Positions 17,567 through 27,046 of a DNA stretch of 64,000 bases are shown here, in pieces. Positions within the stretch are counted from its first letter, which is position 1, and each line of letters starts with the position of its first letter. Source of the DNA: Thermomicrobiales bacterium (GTDB taxonomy: Bacteria > Chloroflexota > Chloroflexia > Thermomicrobiales > CFX8); assembly GCA_037045155.1 (NCBI GenBank), contig JBAOIG010000002.1, positions 534,433-598,432 on the forward strand, in the 5' to 3' direction. Under the pieces are notes generated by a model. That model had not been told where the DNA came from, searched no databases, and saw nothing but the letters and a program-made list of their open reading frames with translations. The position numbers were made by a program, and so were the translations under genes.

Positions 17567-19999
17567 CTACCCCTCGCGCCCGTCGAGCATGGCGAAGGCT
17601 GCGCTGGCGATGTGCTCGGCGTCGATGCCGTAGTGGCGGTAGAGGTCGGGGCGCGAGCCGGACTGGCCAAACTCGTCGACGCCGAGGGCGATCGATGGCG
17701 CGCCGTAGACGCTGCCGAGCCAGGAGAGCGCGTGCGACGCGCCGTCGAGCACGGTGACGATCGGCGCGTGCCGCTCGGCCGGCGGGATCAGCGTGTCGAA
17801 GTGGATCGGCTCGCGCTTGCCGCCGTTGGCCATCGACTGGCGCTGGCGCTTCTGCCAACCGTCGAACACCTTCTGCGGCGAGGTGAGGGCGATCACGTTC
17901 GCCGCGACACCTTCGTCGTGGAGCTGCCGGGCCGCGGCAATCGCCTCCGGCAGCATGATCCCGGCGCTGACAATCTGGACGGTGTCGGCCGGGTTGGTCT
18001 CCGGCGCGTCGAGCGTGGCGTCGATAATCCGGTAGCCGCCGGCCAGCACCTGGCGGCGCAACTCATCCTGGCCGAACCGGTCGAGCGACGGCTGGAACAG
18101 CGTCTGGTCGACATCCGCGGTCGAGAGGCGCAGGTAGGTCGAGATGCCATGCTCGCGATCGCAGATCTGGCGCAACCCCTCCAGCAGGATCCACTCCATG
18201 TCCTGGGCGAAGGTCGGCTCGTAGTACATGACGTTCGGCAGCTCCATGCCGATCGACGGCGTGATCGTCGACTGGTGGTTGCCGCCCTCTGGCGCCAGCG
18301 AGATGCCGGACGGCGTTCCCGCGACGATGAACTTCGACTTGCTGTAGACGCCATAGATGAAGGCGTCCAGCCCGCGACAGACGAACGGGTCGTAGACGGT
18401 GCCGATCGGGAAGAGTAGCTGGCCGCTCAACTCGTGCGACAGGCCGAACATCGACAGCCACATGAACAGGTTCATCTCGGAGATGCCCAGCTCGATGTGC
18501 TGGCCGCTCGGCTTCGGCTCCCAGCGCAGCAGCTTCGGTCCCTCGTCGTAGACCGGCGCTGCCCGCGACGCGAAGACGCCGAGCTTGTTGATCCAGCCGC
18601 CGAGATTGGTCGAGACGGCGACGTCGGGCGAGGCGGTGACGATGCGCTTGCCGACCTCCGGGATATCGGCAAGCTGGGTGAGCAGCCGGCCGAGCGCCTC
18701 CTGGGTCGAGGTCGCCTTCGTCCGGTTGTGCCCGATATGCGCCGGGATCCGCTCGGCCCGCACCGGCGGGGCCGGCACGGTGTCGCCCGCGTACAGCTGC
18801 TCCCACGACGCGGCGCAGAGCTGCCCCTCGGCCGAAGCGGGGTCGAACCGCGACCACGCCTCATCGGCCGGGATGCCGAGTGCCTCGCGCAGTGGCTCGA
18901 GCTGGTTGGGATTGAGCAGCGCCGAGTGGTTCAGCGCCTCGCCGGCGAACGGGAGATTCCAGCCCTTGATCGTGTAGGCGAACAGCACGGTCGGCCGGTC
19001 GCCCGGCGCCAGCGCTTCCTCGATCGCGCCGACGAGATCGCCCAGGTCGTGGCCGCCGAGATTGGCCAGCAGGCCGGGCAGCTCGGCGTCCGGCACATCC
19101 TTGATGACGCGGGCGATATCGGCGTTGTCGACGCCGCCGCGGCGGATCAGCCGCGGACGCAGCGTCTCCCCCGGCAGCCGGATGAGGATCTGGTACTCCT
19201 CGTTGTCCATGTCGTCGATCGCCTGACGCAGCGCCTCGCCGCCGGGTCGGGCGAACGCCTCGCGCAGATGATGGCCGTACTTCGTCTCGATCACCCGCCA
19301 GCCAGCGTTGGCGAACAGGTGCTTCAGCCGGGTGGCCCGGATTCCGGGAATGACGCGGTCGAGCGACTGGCGGTTGAGATCGATGATCCACAGCACGTTG
19401 CCGACCCAGGCCAGCGACTCCTCGATCAGCGCCTCCCAGATGTTGCCCTCGTCCAGCTCGGCGTCGCCGACCAGGGCGATGAAGCGATTGGAGGTCACCT
19501 CGCCGAAGTGCTCGTGGGCGTAGCGGTGCGCCAGCGCGGCGAACAGCGGTGCGACCGCGCCGAGGCCGACCGAGCCGGTCGAGAAGTCGACCGGGTCCGG
19601 GTCTTTCGTCCGGCTGGGGTACGACTGCAGCCCCTTGTACTCGCGGAGCGTCGTCAGGTATCCGGGGTCGAGCTGGCCGAGCAGGTACTGGATGGAATGG
19701 TAGGCCGGCGATGCGTGCGGCTTGATCGAGACACGGTCGCCCTGCTTCAGCGAGTGGAAATAGAGCGCGGTGAGGATCGAGACGACCGAGGCGGAGGAAG
19801 CCTGGTGGCCGCCGACCTTGAGGCCGTCGACGTTGGGCCGGACGTGGTTGGCGTGGTTGATGATCTGGGTCGAGAGCCAGAGGATGCGTTTCTGGATCGT
19901 GTCGAGAACAGCCAGCTGCTCCTGTGAGAGCGGGCGCTCATCACCGAGCAGCTGGCTAATATCGATGATCTCCGTGGCGTGTGCCATCCCCTGTGCCAT
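17567..19999 (-). CDS. ThDP-dependent E1/transketolase-family enzyme (homodimeric AceE-like, 810 aa)
   Basis: GGHQASSASVVSILTALYF, GDAELDEGNIWEAL (ThDP-binding motif) and a C-terminal transketolase-like domain. No E2/E3 genes are nearby. Confidence 0.75.
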   Translation of the reverse strand: MAQGMAHATEIIDISQLLGDERPLSQEQLAVLDTIQKRILWLSTQIINHANHVRPNVDGLKVGGHQASSASVVSILTALYFHSLKQGDRVSIKPHASPAYHSIQYLLGQLDPGYLTTLREYKGLQSYPSRTKDPDPVDFSTGSVGLGAVAPLFAALAHRYAHEHFGEVTSNRFIALVGDAELDEGNIWEALIEESLAWVGNVLWIIDLNRQSLDRVIPGIRATRLKHLFANAGWRVIETKYGHHLREAFARPGGEALRQAIDDMDNEEYQILIRLPGETLRPRLIRRGGVDNADIARVIKDVPDAELPGLLANLGGHDLGDLVGAIEEALAPGDRPTVLFAYTIKGWNLPFAGEALNHSALLNPNQLEPLREALGIPADEAWSRFDPASAEGQLCAASWEQLYAGDTVPAPPVRAERIPAHIGHNRTKATSTQEALGRLLTQLADIPEVGKRIVTASPDVAVSTNLGGWINKLGVFASRAAPVYDEGPKLLRWEPKPSGQHIELGISEMNLFMWLSMFGLSHELSGQLLFPIGTVYDPFVCRGLDAFIYGVYSKSKFIVAGTPSGISLAPEGGNHQSTITPSIGMELPNVMYYEPTFAQDMEWILLEGLRQICDREHGISTYLRLSTADVDQTLFQPSLDRFGQDELRRQVLAGGYRIIDATLDAPETNPADTVQIVSAGIMLPEAIAAARQLHDEGVAANVIALTSPQKVFDGWQKRQRQSMANGGKREPIHFDTLIPPAERHAPIVTVLDGASHALSWLGSVYGAPSIALGVDEFGQSGSRPDLYRHYGIDAEHIASAAFAMLDGREG

Positions 20000-20181
20000 G
20001 CCGGTCTCCTTTTATGTGAGGCGGGTCGAGATTTCTAGCGGCCATCCATAACAGATTGTCCGCTATCGGCACGACACGGACAACCGCTCGGTAGTGTGAT
20101 TGTGACGGGAAGTCATGTCTTCCCTCTCGGTTGCTACGGTGGGTTCCAGAGCCGCTTGAAGAAAGAAGAGGGAGGAATCCC

Positions 20182-20997
20182 ATGAAGCGACTGGTGTCGT
20201 TGATTCTCGTCTTGTTGGTTGCCCTGTCGCTTGTCGCCTGCGAGTCGACAACCGAGGGGACGGCGGGTTCGGGTTCGGGCTCGGGCACGCCCGCCGCGGA
20301 GGCTGCAGCGACGAAGACGCCAAAGCCGGCCAAGGCGACGAAGACTCCGAAGCCGGCCAAGGCGACCGAGACCCCGAAGGCGACGGCGACGCCAAAGCCG
20401 CCGACGGCAACCCCTGAGCCGCCAACCCCGACGCCGATCCCGCCGACACCGACGCCGCTGCCCGAACCGAAGGCGTACTCGGGGTCCGGGTCTGACGTGG
20501 TTGCGATCGAGAAGCCGGGCGGTCTCGATGCCGTCGTTATCGTCCATGTCGTCGGCAATGCCGAATCAAGCTACTTCGGTGTTACCGGTTTCGATGAGGC
20601 GGGGAAGCAGACCGACCTCCTTGTGAACACGACCGATCCATACGATGGCATCACGCTGCTCGACGCGCGGAAGGGTCAAACGACGACCCGGCTGCAGGTC
20701 GAAGCGCAGGGTGACTGGACGATCGAGGTCCGGCCACTGGCAATGGCACGCGCTGCGGCGGTCCCAGGAACGACATCTGGCGCCGGTGACGACGTCCTGC
20801 TTCTCGATGGCGAGCCCGATACTGCGCACATCGTTGGGAACGCCGAAGGACGGTATTTCGGTGTGATTGGCCACGGGAAGCGTTACGACCTGCTCGTCAA
20901 TACGACGGACCCGTATGACGGTCGCGTCATCGTCAACCGCGACACCGTCGTCATCGAGGTGAAGGCAACCGGGGAGTGGGAGGTGACGTTCGAGTAG
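20182..20997 (+). CDS. Lipoprotein with Pro/Thr/Lys linker and two homologous C-terminal domains
   Basis: ATG 20182 after GAGGGAGGAA. Lipobox LSLVAC. Duplicated module ...VGNAE..YFGV.G......DLLVNTTDPYDG... Confidence 0.7.
   Translation: MKRLVSLILVLLVALSLVACESTTEGTAGSGSGSGTPAAEAAATKTPKPAKATKTPKPAKATETPKATATPKPPTATPEPPTPTPIPPTPTPLPEPKAYSGSGSDVVAIEKPGGLDAVVIVHVVGNAESSYFGVTGFDEAGKQTDLLVNTTDPYDGITLLDARKGQTTTRLQVEAQGDWTIEVRPLAMARAAAVPGTTSGAGDDVLLLDGEPDTAHIVGNAEGRYFGVIGHGKRYDLLVNTTDPYDGRVIVNRDTVVIEVKATGEWEVTFE
20308..20400 (+). repeat. In-frame 27-nt tandem repeat (ATKTPKPAK x2 plus degenerate copies)
   Basis: GCGACGAAGACGCCAAAGCCGGCCAAG is repeated at 20308 and 20335 with a few synonymous changes, then degenerates. 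Confidence 0.8.
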
Positions 20998-21022
20998 CGG
21001 CGCGCGGTTAGCCGACCGTCAC

Positions 21023-21045
21023 GGTGGCCGGGTTTCTCGGCCACC
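21023..21045 (+). terminator. Stem-loop GGTGGCCG-GGTTTCT-CGGCCACC after the lipoprotein gene
   Basis: Perfect 8-bp stem 25 nt after the stop, followed by GCTCTTTCG. Confidence 0.5.
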
Positions 21046-21087
21046 GCTCTTTCGCGCGGTGCGAGACACCATGAAGAGGGAGGAACG

Positions 21088-21321
21088 ATGACTGATGGGC
21101 CGAACTACACGATGCTGATCCAGTGGCCCGACGACGATCAGGCGTTCCTCGTGACTCTCCCTGCATGGGAAGAGCGGGTCTTCGGCCCGGTCACCCACGG
21201 CGACACCTATGAGGCGGCGGCCCGGAATGGTCTGGCGGTGATCGAGCTGCTGATCGAGTCGGCGATCCAGCATGGCGAGCCGCTGCCGCGTCCGCGTTAC
21301 TACGGCCGCATGACTGCCTGA
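21088..21321 (+). CDS. HicB-like (UPF0150) small antitoxin-family protein, no adjacent HicA
   Basis: YTMLIQWPDDDQAFLVTLPAWE...THGDTYEAAARNGLAVIELLIESAIQHGEPLP. ATG after GAGGGAGGAA. Confidence 0.7.
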   Translation: MTDGPNYTMLIQWPDDDQAFLVTLPAWEERVFGPVTHGDTYEAAARNGLAVIELLIESAIQHGEPLPRPRYYGRMTA

Positions 21322-21326
21322 TCGGC

Positions 21327-22172
21327 TTACGTCACCCCCGCCTCGCGCTCGCGTTCCGCCGTCCAGGCGAGGATGCGGGCGCGCTTTTCGGGCGTGAGGC
21401 GCTGGGCGAGGTCGTGGAGCATGCCGTGGCCGGCCCAGGCGAGAAAGACCGGCATCTCCACCAGAGGACCGGCCGACTCGACGTACCCGTCGATCAGTCC
21501 ACGCTCGAACGCGGAAACGACCGGGCCGACATCGACCAGCGCTTCATCGACGCCGAGGCGCAGGATGGCGATCGACCGGGCGAGGTCTGCCCGTGGGTCG
21601 CCGGAGCGGGCGTTGGCCCAGTCGAGCACGGCGGTGATGTCGTCGCCGTCGGCCAGCAGGTTGAGCGGATGGTAGTCGAGGTGCAGCAGCCGGGCCGGCC
21701 CCGCGGCGGCGACCAGTGCCCGGCCGAGCGCGTCGGGGATGGCGAACCAGTCGAGCCACGAGCGATCGCTGATGGCGTCCGGTGGCTCGACCGCGTGCAG
21801 GCGAGCAAGAACCCGACCGGCGGCGACGCCGAGCGGCTCGGCGCGCTCTGGCTCGGCGATAGCCGCCTCAGCGATTGTGCGTCCCGGCCGCCATTCCAGT
21901 AGCAGCGCGGGACGGCGCTGCCAGACGCCGGCAGCATGCACCTTCGGGACAGCGATGCCTGCCTCACCCACAGCGCGCATCACCGTGACTTCTCGCGCGC
22001 TTGCGGCCTCGTCCCCCGGCCGAAAGACACGCAGGGCAAACGTGTCGACCTCGAGCTCGACGCGGAAGAGCGCGGCATCCTGCCCTCCGAGAACCGGGGT
22101 GATGGTCTCGGCTCGGGTGACTCCCAGTGCGGCGAGGATTGCGCCTGGGTCGATGGGGGATGACGTGCCCAC
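21327..22172 (-). CDS. Aminoglycoside/choline-kinase-type phosphotransferase (APH family)
   Basis: HLDYHPLNLLADGDDITAVLDWANARSGDPRADL is the Brenner/DxD region. Start is uncertain: GTG 22172 after AAGGAA, or ATG 22244. The long upstream track ORF was rejected. Confidence 0.75.
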   Translation of the reverse strand: MGTSSPIDPGAILAALGVTRAETITPVLGGQDAALFRVELEVDTFALRVFRPGDEAASAREVTVMRAVGEAGIAVPKVHAAGVWQRRPALLLEWRPGRTIAEAAIAEPERAEPLGVAAGRVLARLHAVEPPDAISDRSWLDWFAIPDALGRALVAAAGPARLLHLDYHPLNLLADGDDITAVLDWANARSGDPRADLARSIAILRLGVDEALVDVGPVVSAFERGLIDGYVESAGPLVEMPVFLAWAGHGMLHDLAQRLTPEKRARILAWTAEREREAGVT

Positions 22173-22278
22173 TTCCTTTGTAATGGAATCGTCCGGTTTG
22201 CTCACGACGCTCGGTGTGCTCCCTCTGCTACAGTGATGCGACATCCGTTGTTTGCTAACTGTCGAGGTGATCGAGCCC

Positions 22279-24505
22279 ATGCTATCAAGACCGGCCTTCC
22301 GGCTGCTGCTCGCTGTCGCAACACTGCTGCCGATGCTGATCTCCGCCGTCCCGGCGCGGCCGGCGCTGGCCGCCGAGCCAGCGAACGCGTTCTTCCAGCG
22401 CACCTGGGAGCGGACCGACGAGCCCGTCGCGGCGACGGCCGTGTCGCGCACCTGGGTCTGGGGGCCGGAGCCGTTCAGTGGCCCGGCCGGCGAGCCGTAC
22501 GCCGACGCGCCGGGCGGTGTCCGGTTGGCGCAGTACTTCGACAAGAGCCGGATGGAGATCAACGACCCCAGCCACGACCCGGCCGACATCTGGTTCGTCA
22601 CCAACGGCTTGCTGGCTCGCGAGCTGATCACTGGCGCGATGCAGACCGGCGACCAGCAGTGGCAGCAGCGTGGGCCGGCCGCGGTCAATATCGCCGGTGA
22701 TCCGCTGGCGACAACCTCGCCGACCTACGCCAGCTTCGCGGGGTTGCTCGACGCGCCGGCCTCCGCGGCAGGCGAGGCGATCGCGCGGACGATCGCTCGC
22801 GACGGCTCGACAAGCTGCTGCGTCGCTGATAGCCACGCCGTCACCGCCGGGCCGCTGGCCGAGCCGACCGGCCACCGCGTCGCCAGCGTCTTCTGGGACT
22901 ACCTCACCAGCAGTGGCACGATCGTCGAGCGGACGTACAGAACACGCGGAGCGCTCTTCGCCAATCCGTACTATGCGACCGGATACCCGATCGCCGAGGC
23001 CGCGTGGGCGTGGGTCCCCGTCGGCGGGGTCGAGCAGTGGGTGCTGGTCCAGCCGTTCGAGCGCCGGGTGCTGACGTACACGCCGGCCAACCCGGCCGGC
23101 TGGCAGGTCGAGATGGGCAACGTCGGCCGGCACTACTACCAGTGGCGCTACGGCGGCGCATCCCCACAGTCGCCGCCGCGCTGGCAGCTCCCCGCCATGC
23201 CCGAATGGGTCCCGGCCGGGCAGGAGATCGACATCCCCGACCTTGACGCGACCTATCGGCTGCACATCAGCGAGGCCAACGTCGACACCGGAGCGGTGAC
23301 GGCGTTGGCCGAGATCGATATCGCCCGCTTCAACGAGCCGCAGCCCGGCAAGCTGTACCTGCAGGTCGTGCCGGCCGCCTACGGCTACTTCACGCTGGAC
23401 GCGCTGCGCGTCGCCGGCCAGCCGGTCGACCCGGAGTGGATCGACGGTGGCTTCATCCTCGGCGTGCCGCTGCCGGCCGGGCTGGCGACGCCGTTCACCG
23501 TTGCCGTTGACTTCCGACTCTCGGTCGGCATGGAGGCGAGTGGCTGGGGCGGGACCTCGCTGGATAGCGGCGTGCTGCGCCTCGGCTACTGGTTCCCGAT
23601 CATCTCCGACCGGCATGTCTTCTCCGACACGCTCGACCCCTCGCAGTCGCGGGCTGCCAACTACCAGGTGACGGTGGACGCAGCCTCCGATGTCATCGTC
23701 GCCCATACCGGCGTCGAGACGGGACAGTCGAGCCTGGGTGGCGGTCGCGTGCGTCACGAGATGGCGGCGACGGATGTCCGCGATTTCGCGCTTGTTCTCT
23801 CCCGGCGGTTCGCAGTCCAGTCGACCACGCTCTCGGACGGCACGACGGCGCTGTACTACAGCCACCCCGCCAGCCCGGGCGGCGCAGCCTCGGCGGCGTT
23901 CGCGGCGGCTGAGGAGACGGTGTCGGCGATGTCGGGTCTGCTGGGGCCATACCCGTACCCGACGCTGAGCATCGTCGACGTTGGGCCACGGATGCCGGGC
24001 GGAGCTGGAGTTTCCCGGGCTGATCTACATCAACGGCGCGTATGCCCCATTCGACCGGCTGATCGTTCACGAGGTCGCCCACCAGTGGCTCTATGCAGTG
24101 ATCGGGAACCGGACGCTGGTCGATGGCTGGATCGACGAGGGGGGCGCCGAGTTCTTCGAACGCGGCGTGCCGACCGGGTTCACCGAGGTGCCGTCGCCGC
24201 CGGCCGAGGGGTATCAGTTCTGGCTCGACGCCGACGCGATCGAGCTGCGGGCTGCGCAGGGCCGGCAGTGGTACTACTCGATCTACGAGCAGGGCGCGCG
24301 CTTCTATTACCAGATGGCCTGGCAGATGGGCTGGGACGCCTTCTGGGACGCCTGGCGTGATGTCTACCGGCGCTATTCATTCGGGATCGTGACGCCGGTC
24401 GAGATGCTGTCGGTCTTCCAGTCGCATAGCCCGGTCGACCTGCGCCCGCTCTACGCCGAGTACTTCCGCTACCCGTGGATCCGGGATCTGCTGCCGAACC
24501 CATGA
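22279..24505 (+). pseudogene. Secreted M1-family (gluzincin) metallopeptidase with N-terminal LGFP-like modules, interrupted by a +1 frameshift near 23998-24005
   Basis: Signal MLSRPAFRLLLAVATLLPMLISAVPARPALA. Frame 1 ends in Arg-rich junk. Frame 2 continues with LEFPGLIYING...HEVAHQW...WIDEGGAEF (the HExxH+E motif). Confidence 0.75.
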
Positions 24506-24602
24506 CGCGGGCTAGAGCGTGTCGGCAAGGTGGATGGCACCGAGGCGGCGCTCGGGAGCAGGTAAGCGATACCGTTCGACAACGGGAACGGAGCGTCCCG
24601 AC

Positions 24603-24631
24603 TCGACATATTCACGTGGTTGCGGTATACT
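24603..24631 (+). promoter_or_regulatory. Candidate sigma70-type promoter TCGACA-17 nt-TATACT upstream of the nitrilase gene
   Basis: Read directly. The -10 hexamer ends 32 nt before ATG 24664. Confidence 0.35.
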
Positions 24632-24663
24632 GACGGTCTCTTTTGACACTGGGAGGAACGGCT

Positions 24664-25768
24664 ATGACCGTGTACCCGGAGTTCACCTTGGCGGCCGTGC
24701 AGGCGGCGCCCGTCCTCTTCGACCGCGAGGCGTCGACCGAGAAGGCCTGCCGGCTGATCGCTGAGGCGGGACGGGCCGGCGCGTCGCTCGCCGCTTTCGG
24801 GGAGTGCTGGCTGCCAGGATACCCCGTGTTCGTATGGGAGAGCAATCCCTCGGTGCTCTGGTGGAAGGCGGCCGCTGAGTACCTCGCAAACGCTGTGGAG
24901 ATTCCGAGCCCGACCACCGACCGGCTCTGCCAGGCCGCCCGTCGCGCTGGCATCGACGTGGTGATTGGCGTCCTGGAGCTCGACCCGATCACCAGGGGAA
25001 CCGCCTACTGCACACTGCTCTTCATCGGGCGCGAGGGGGTGATCGTGGGCCGCCACCGCAAGCTCAAGCCGACGGGCATGGAGCGGGCGGTCTGGGGCGA
25101 GGGGGACGCGTCGGGCCTGATGGTCCACGAGCGACCGTACGGCCGAATAAGCGGGTTGAACTGTTGGGAACACAACATCCTCCTCCCCGGCTATGCGTTG
25201 ATGGCACAGGGAACCCAGATTCATGTCGCGGCCTGGCCGGGCATGGAGATCAATCCGGCCCCGCAGTCGCCTGACTCGATGTGGGCACGCCAGCTCCTCC
25301 TGTCGCGGGCATTCGCCTCCCAGGCGGGCGCCTACGTTATCCTCTCTGCCGGCCTGCTGAGGAGCGAAGACATCCCCGAGCGGTACCATGAGCTGATTGG
25401 GTCGTGGGCCCTTACCGGCGACAGCCTGCATCATCGACCCGCGCGGCGAGGTGATCGCCGGCCCCGCCGAGGGTGAGACCATCCTGACGGCGCGGGTCAC
25501 GCTGGAGGCCGTTTACGCCGCGAAAGTCGCCTGCGACGTCGGCGGCCACTACTCCCGCCCGGACGTCTTCCAGTTGCTGGTCAACCGTCAGCCGCTGGAG
25601 CGAATGGTGGAGACCGGAGGCACGGCGGCGACGGGTGCCGGACTCGACGGGCGCGCGGTCGGCGCGCCGATCGCCGCCCTACCAGACGGTAACCTCCGAA
25701 AGGGAGCAACAAGCGGCGCCGTGACGCACAGCGGTCTCGGCCCGACTGACGATACCGGCAATCCGTAG
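24664..25768 (+). pseudogene. Nitrilase/cyanide-hydratase family (CN-hydrolase), interrupted by a frameshift near 25420-25430
   Basis: ATG after GGGAGGAA. FGECWLPGYP, HRKLKPT and LNCWEH form the Glu-Lys-Cys triad. Frame 1 gives ...ALTGDS then junk. Frame 2 gives CIIDPRGEVIAGPAEGE.... Confidence 0.8.
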
Positions 25769-26440
25769 GCAGAACAAGCAGAGCGGGATTGCGGCGAACT
25801 TCACCATCGCCCGGTAGTCGGCGACTCACTTCTCGTAGCGCGTAGCTACCCGCTGGAACCATTTGAGCCGATTGATCAGGCGTTCGACAACGTTGCGCTC
25901 GCAGTACGCATCGCGGTCGAAGCTCGGTAGCGGTTCCCGGCCCGCCGGACCGCCCCGTGCTCCATCAGAGTGGGAAGCGCCGTCTGCTCATGACACTCGC
26001 TGCCAGTCAGCACCTCGATCAATGCGTTGCCGCCGCGCTCGGTTCGCAGGTGGAACTTGGTCGAGAGGCTTCCCCGGCGGCGTGCTGGTGCGCTCGGATG
26101 ACCGTACTGTCCACGAAGTGCAGGGTCCATTTCACGATTTCGTCGGCGTCCGTCAGGCGCTGCAACGCAGCCAACACGCAGTCCCCAATCCTTGCCTGCT
26201 GCCAGCGTCGGAACCGGATGTAGACGGTGCGCTAGGAGCCGAAGCGCTCAGGCAGGTCGCGCTAGGGGCGCCGGTGCGCAGGACCTGGAGCATGTCTTCC
26301 AAGACGACCCGGCGGTCATTTGTTGGCCCGTGCGGGGCTTTTTCAGCGGCGATCTGGCACCAGGTTGGTGAACTGCTGGCCGGCCCGTTGGTGCTTCTCC
26401 AAACGCCAGAAGATATCTCGTCCCTCAATTTGCCGACACG
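25745..26440 (-). mobile_element. Degraded IS5-family (DDE) transposase remnant with several frameshifts and stops
   Basis: Minus-strand fragments in three frames: NDRRVVLEDMLQVLRTGAP/WRDLPERFGS, TVYIRFRRWQQA, VDSTVIRAHQHAAG, LSTKFHLRTERGGNALIEVLTGSECHEQTALPTLM, NVVERLINRLKWFQRVATRYEK. No terminal inverted repeats were identified. Confidence 0.7.
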
Positions 26441-26583
26441 CCCTGGTCGAATAGCTGGACCCACGTGCGCAGGCAGTCGCGGTCACTCCCCTGGGTCTGG
26501 CTGGGGTCGGGGAACGACCAGTGGATGCGGCCTGGCGCGCCGGGGAAGATGGGACAGGTCTCGTTGGCCGCGTCGCAGACGGG
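26425..26583 (-). pseudogene. arsC: 3' fragment of thioredoxin-coupled (LMW-PTP type) arsenate reductase
   Basis: Minus-strand frame reads [33 protein letters not shown]...*, which matches the C-x6-CP...HW.F.DP region of Bacillus/Staphylococcus-type ArsC. The N-terminal roughly 80 codons are absent. Confidence 0.6.
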
Positions 26584-26983
26584 TGAACTCATTGAAGGCG
26601 GCAATCTCGACCGTGCAGACGCCCGAGAGCTGCTCCTCCGCGGCGCGGATCTCCTCGTCGCTGGCGACGCCGCGCTCGCGGTAGGTCTCGACGGTCTGGT
26701 GCGGGTCGACGTTGAGTAGCAGGTTCGGGGCGTCGGCGACCGGGGTCGGCGCGCCGTCGACGGCCACCTGGAAGACGTCGTCGAGATTCGAGGTCGGGTC
26801 GGTACTGACCAGCACCACGTGACGGCCCAGGTCGGCCAGCGCGACCGCGACGGTGCTGGTAATGGTCGTCTTCCCGACGCCGTCCTTGCCGGTGAAGAAG
26901 AGGAACGGCGTATCCCAGCTGGTCCAGTCCAGCGCAGGGATACCCGGCAGGACGTCGGCCGTGGGTTGCGTGGCGGCCGTCAT
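26584..26983 (-). pseudogene. arsA: 5' fragment (about 130 codons) of the arsenite-pump ATPase gene
   Basis: [14 protein letters not shown]...[15 protein letters not shown]...[19 protein letters not shown] matches the ArsA N-terminal half and then stops matching. Walker A reads GKDGVGKT rather than GKGGVGKT. Confidence 0.75.
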
Positions 26984-27046
26984 GGCTGTCTTGTTCTTCG
27001 GAGCGAGCGCGTCCCGCGTCGGGCGCGTGCGGTCGTCATCGACCCG

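Noticed and set aside
17351-19927. 355-aa and 497-aa plus-strand ORFs
   Set aside because: Both are antisense to the 810-aa ThDP enzyme gene, whose translation carries clear family motifs.
22285-23865. 526-aa minus-strand ORF
   Set aside because: It is antisense to the M1-peptidase gene and has shadow-ORF composition.
26395-26440. LRDEI peptide, considered as the ArsC VRDEI motif continuing in another frame
   Set aside because: Its spacing from the GSD motif is about 9 residues too long for ArsC. The in-frame LFDQG aligns at the correct position. The segment fits better as the N-terminal (..DE.W.R.E..) region of the IS5 transposase.
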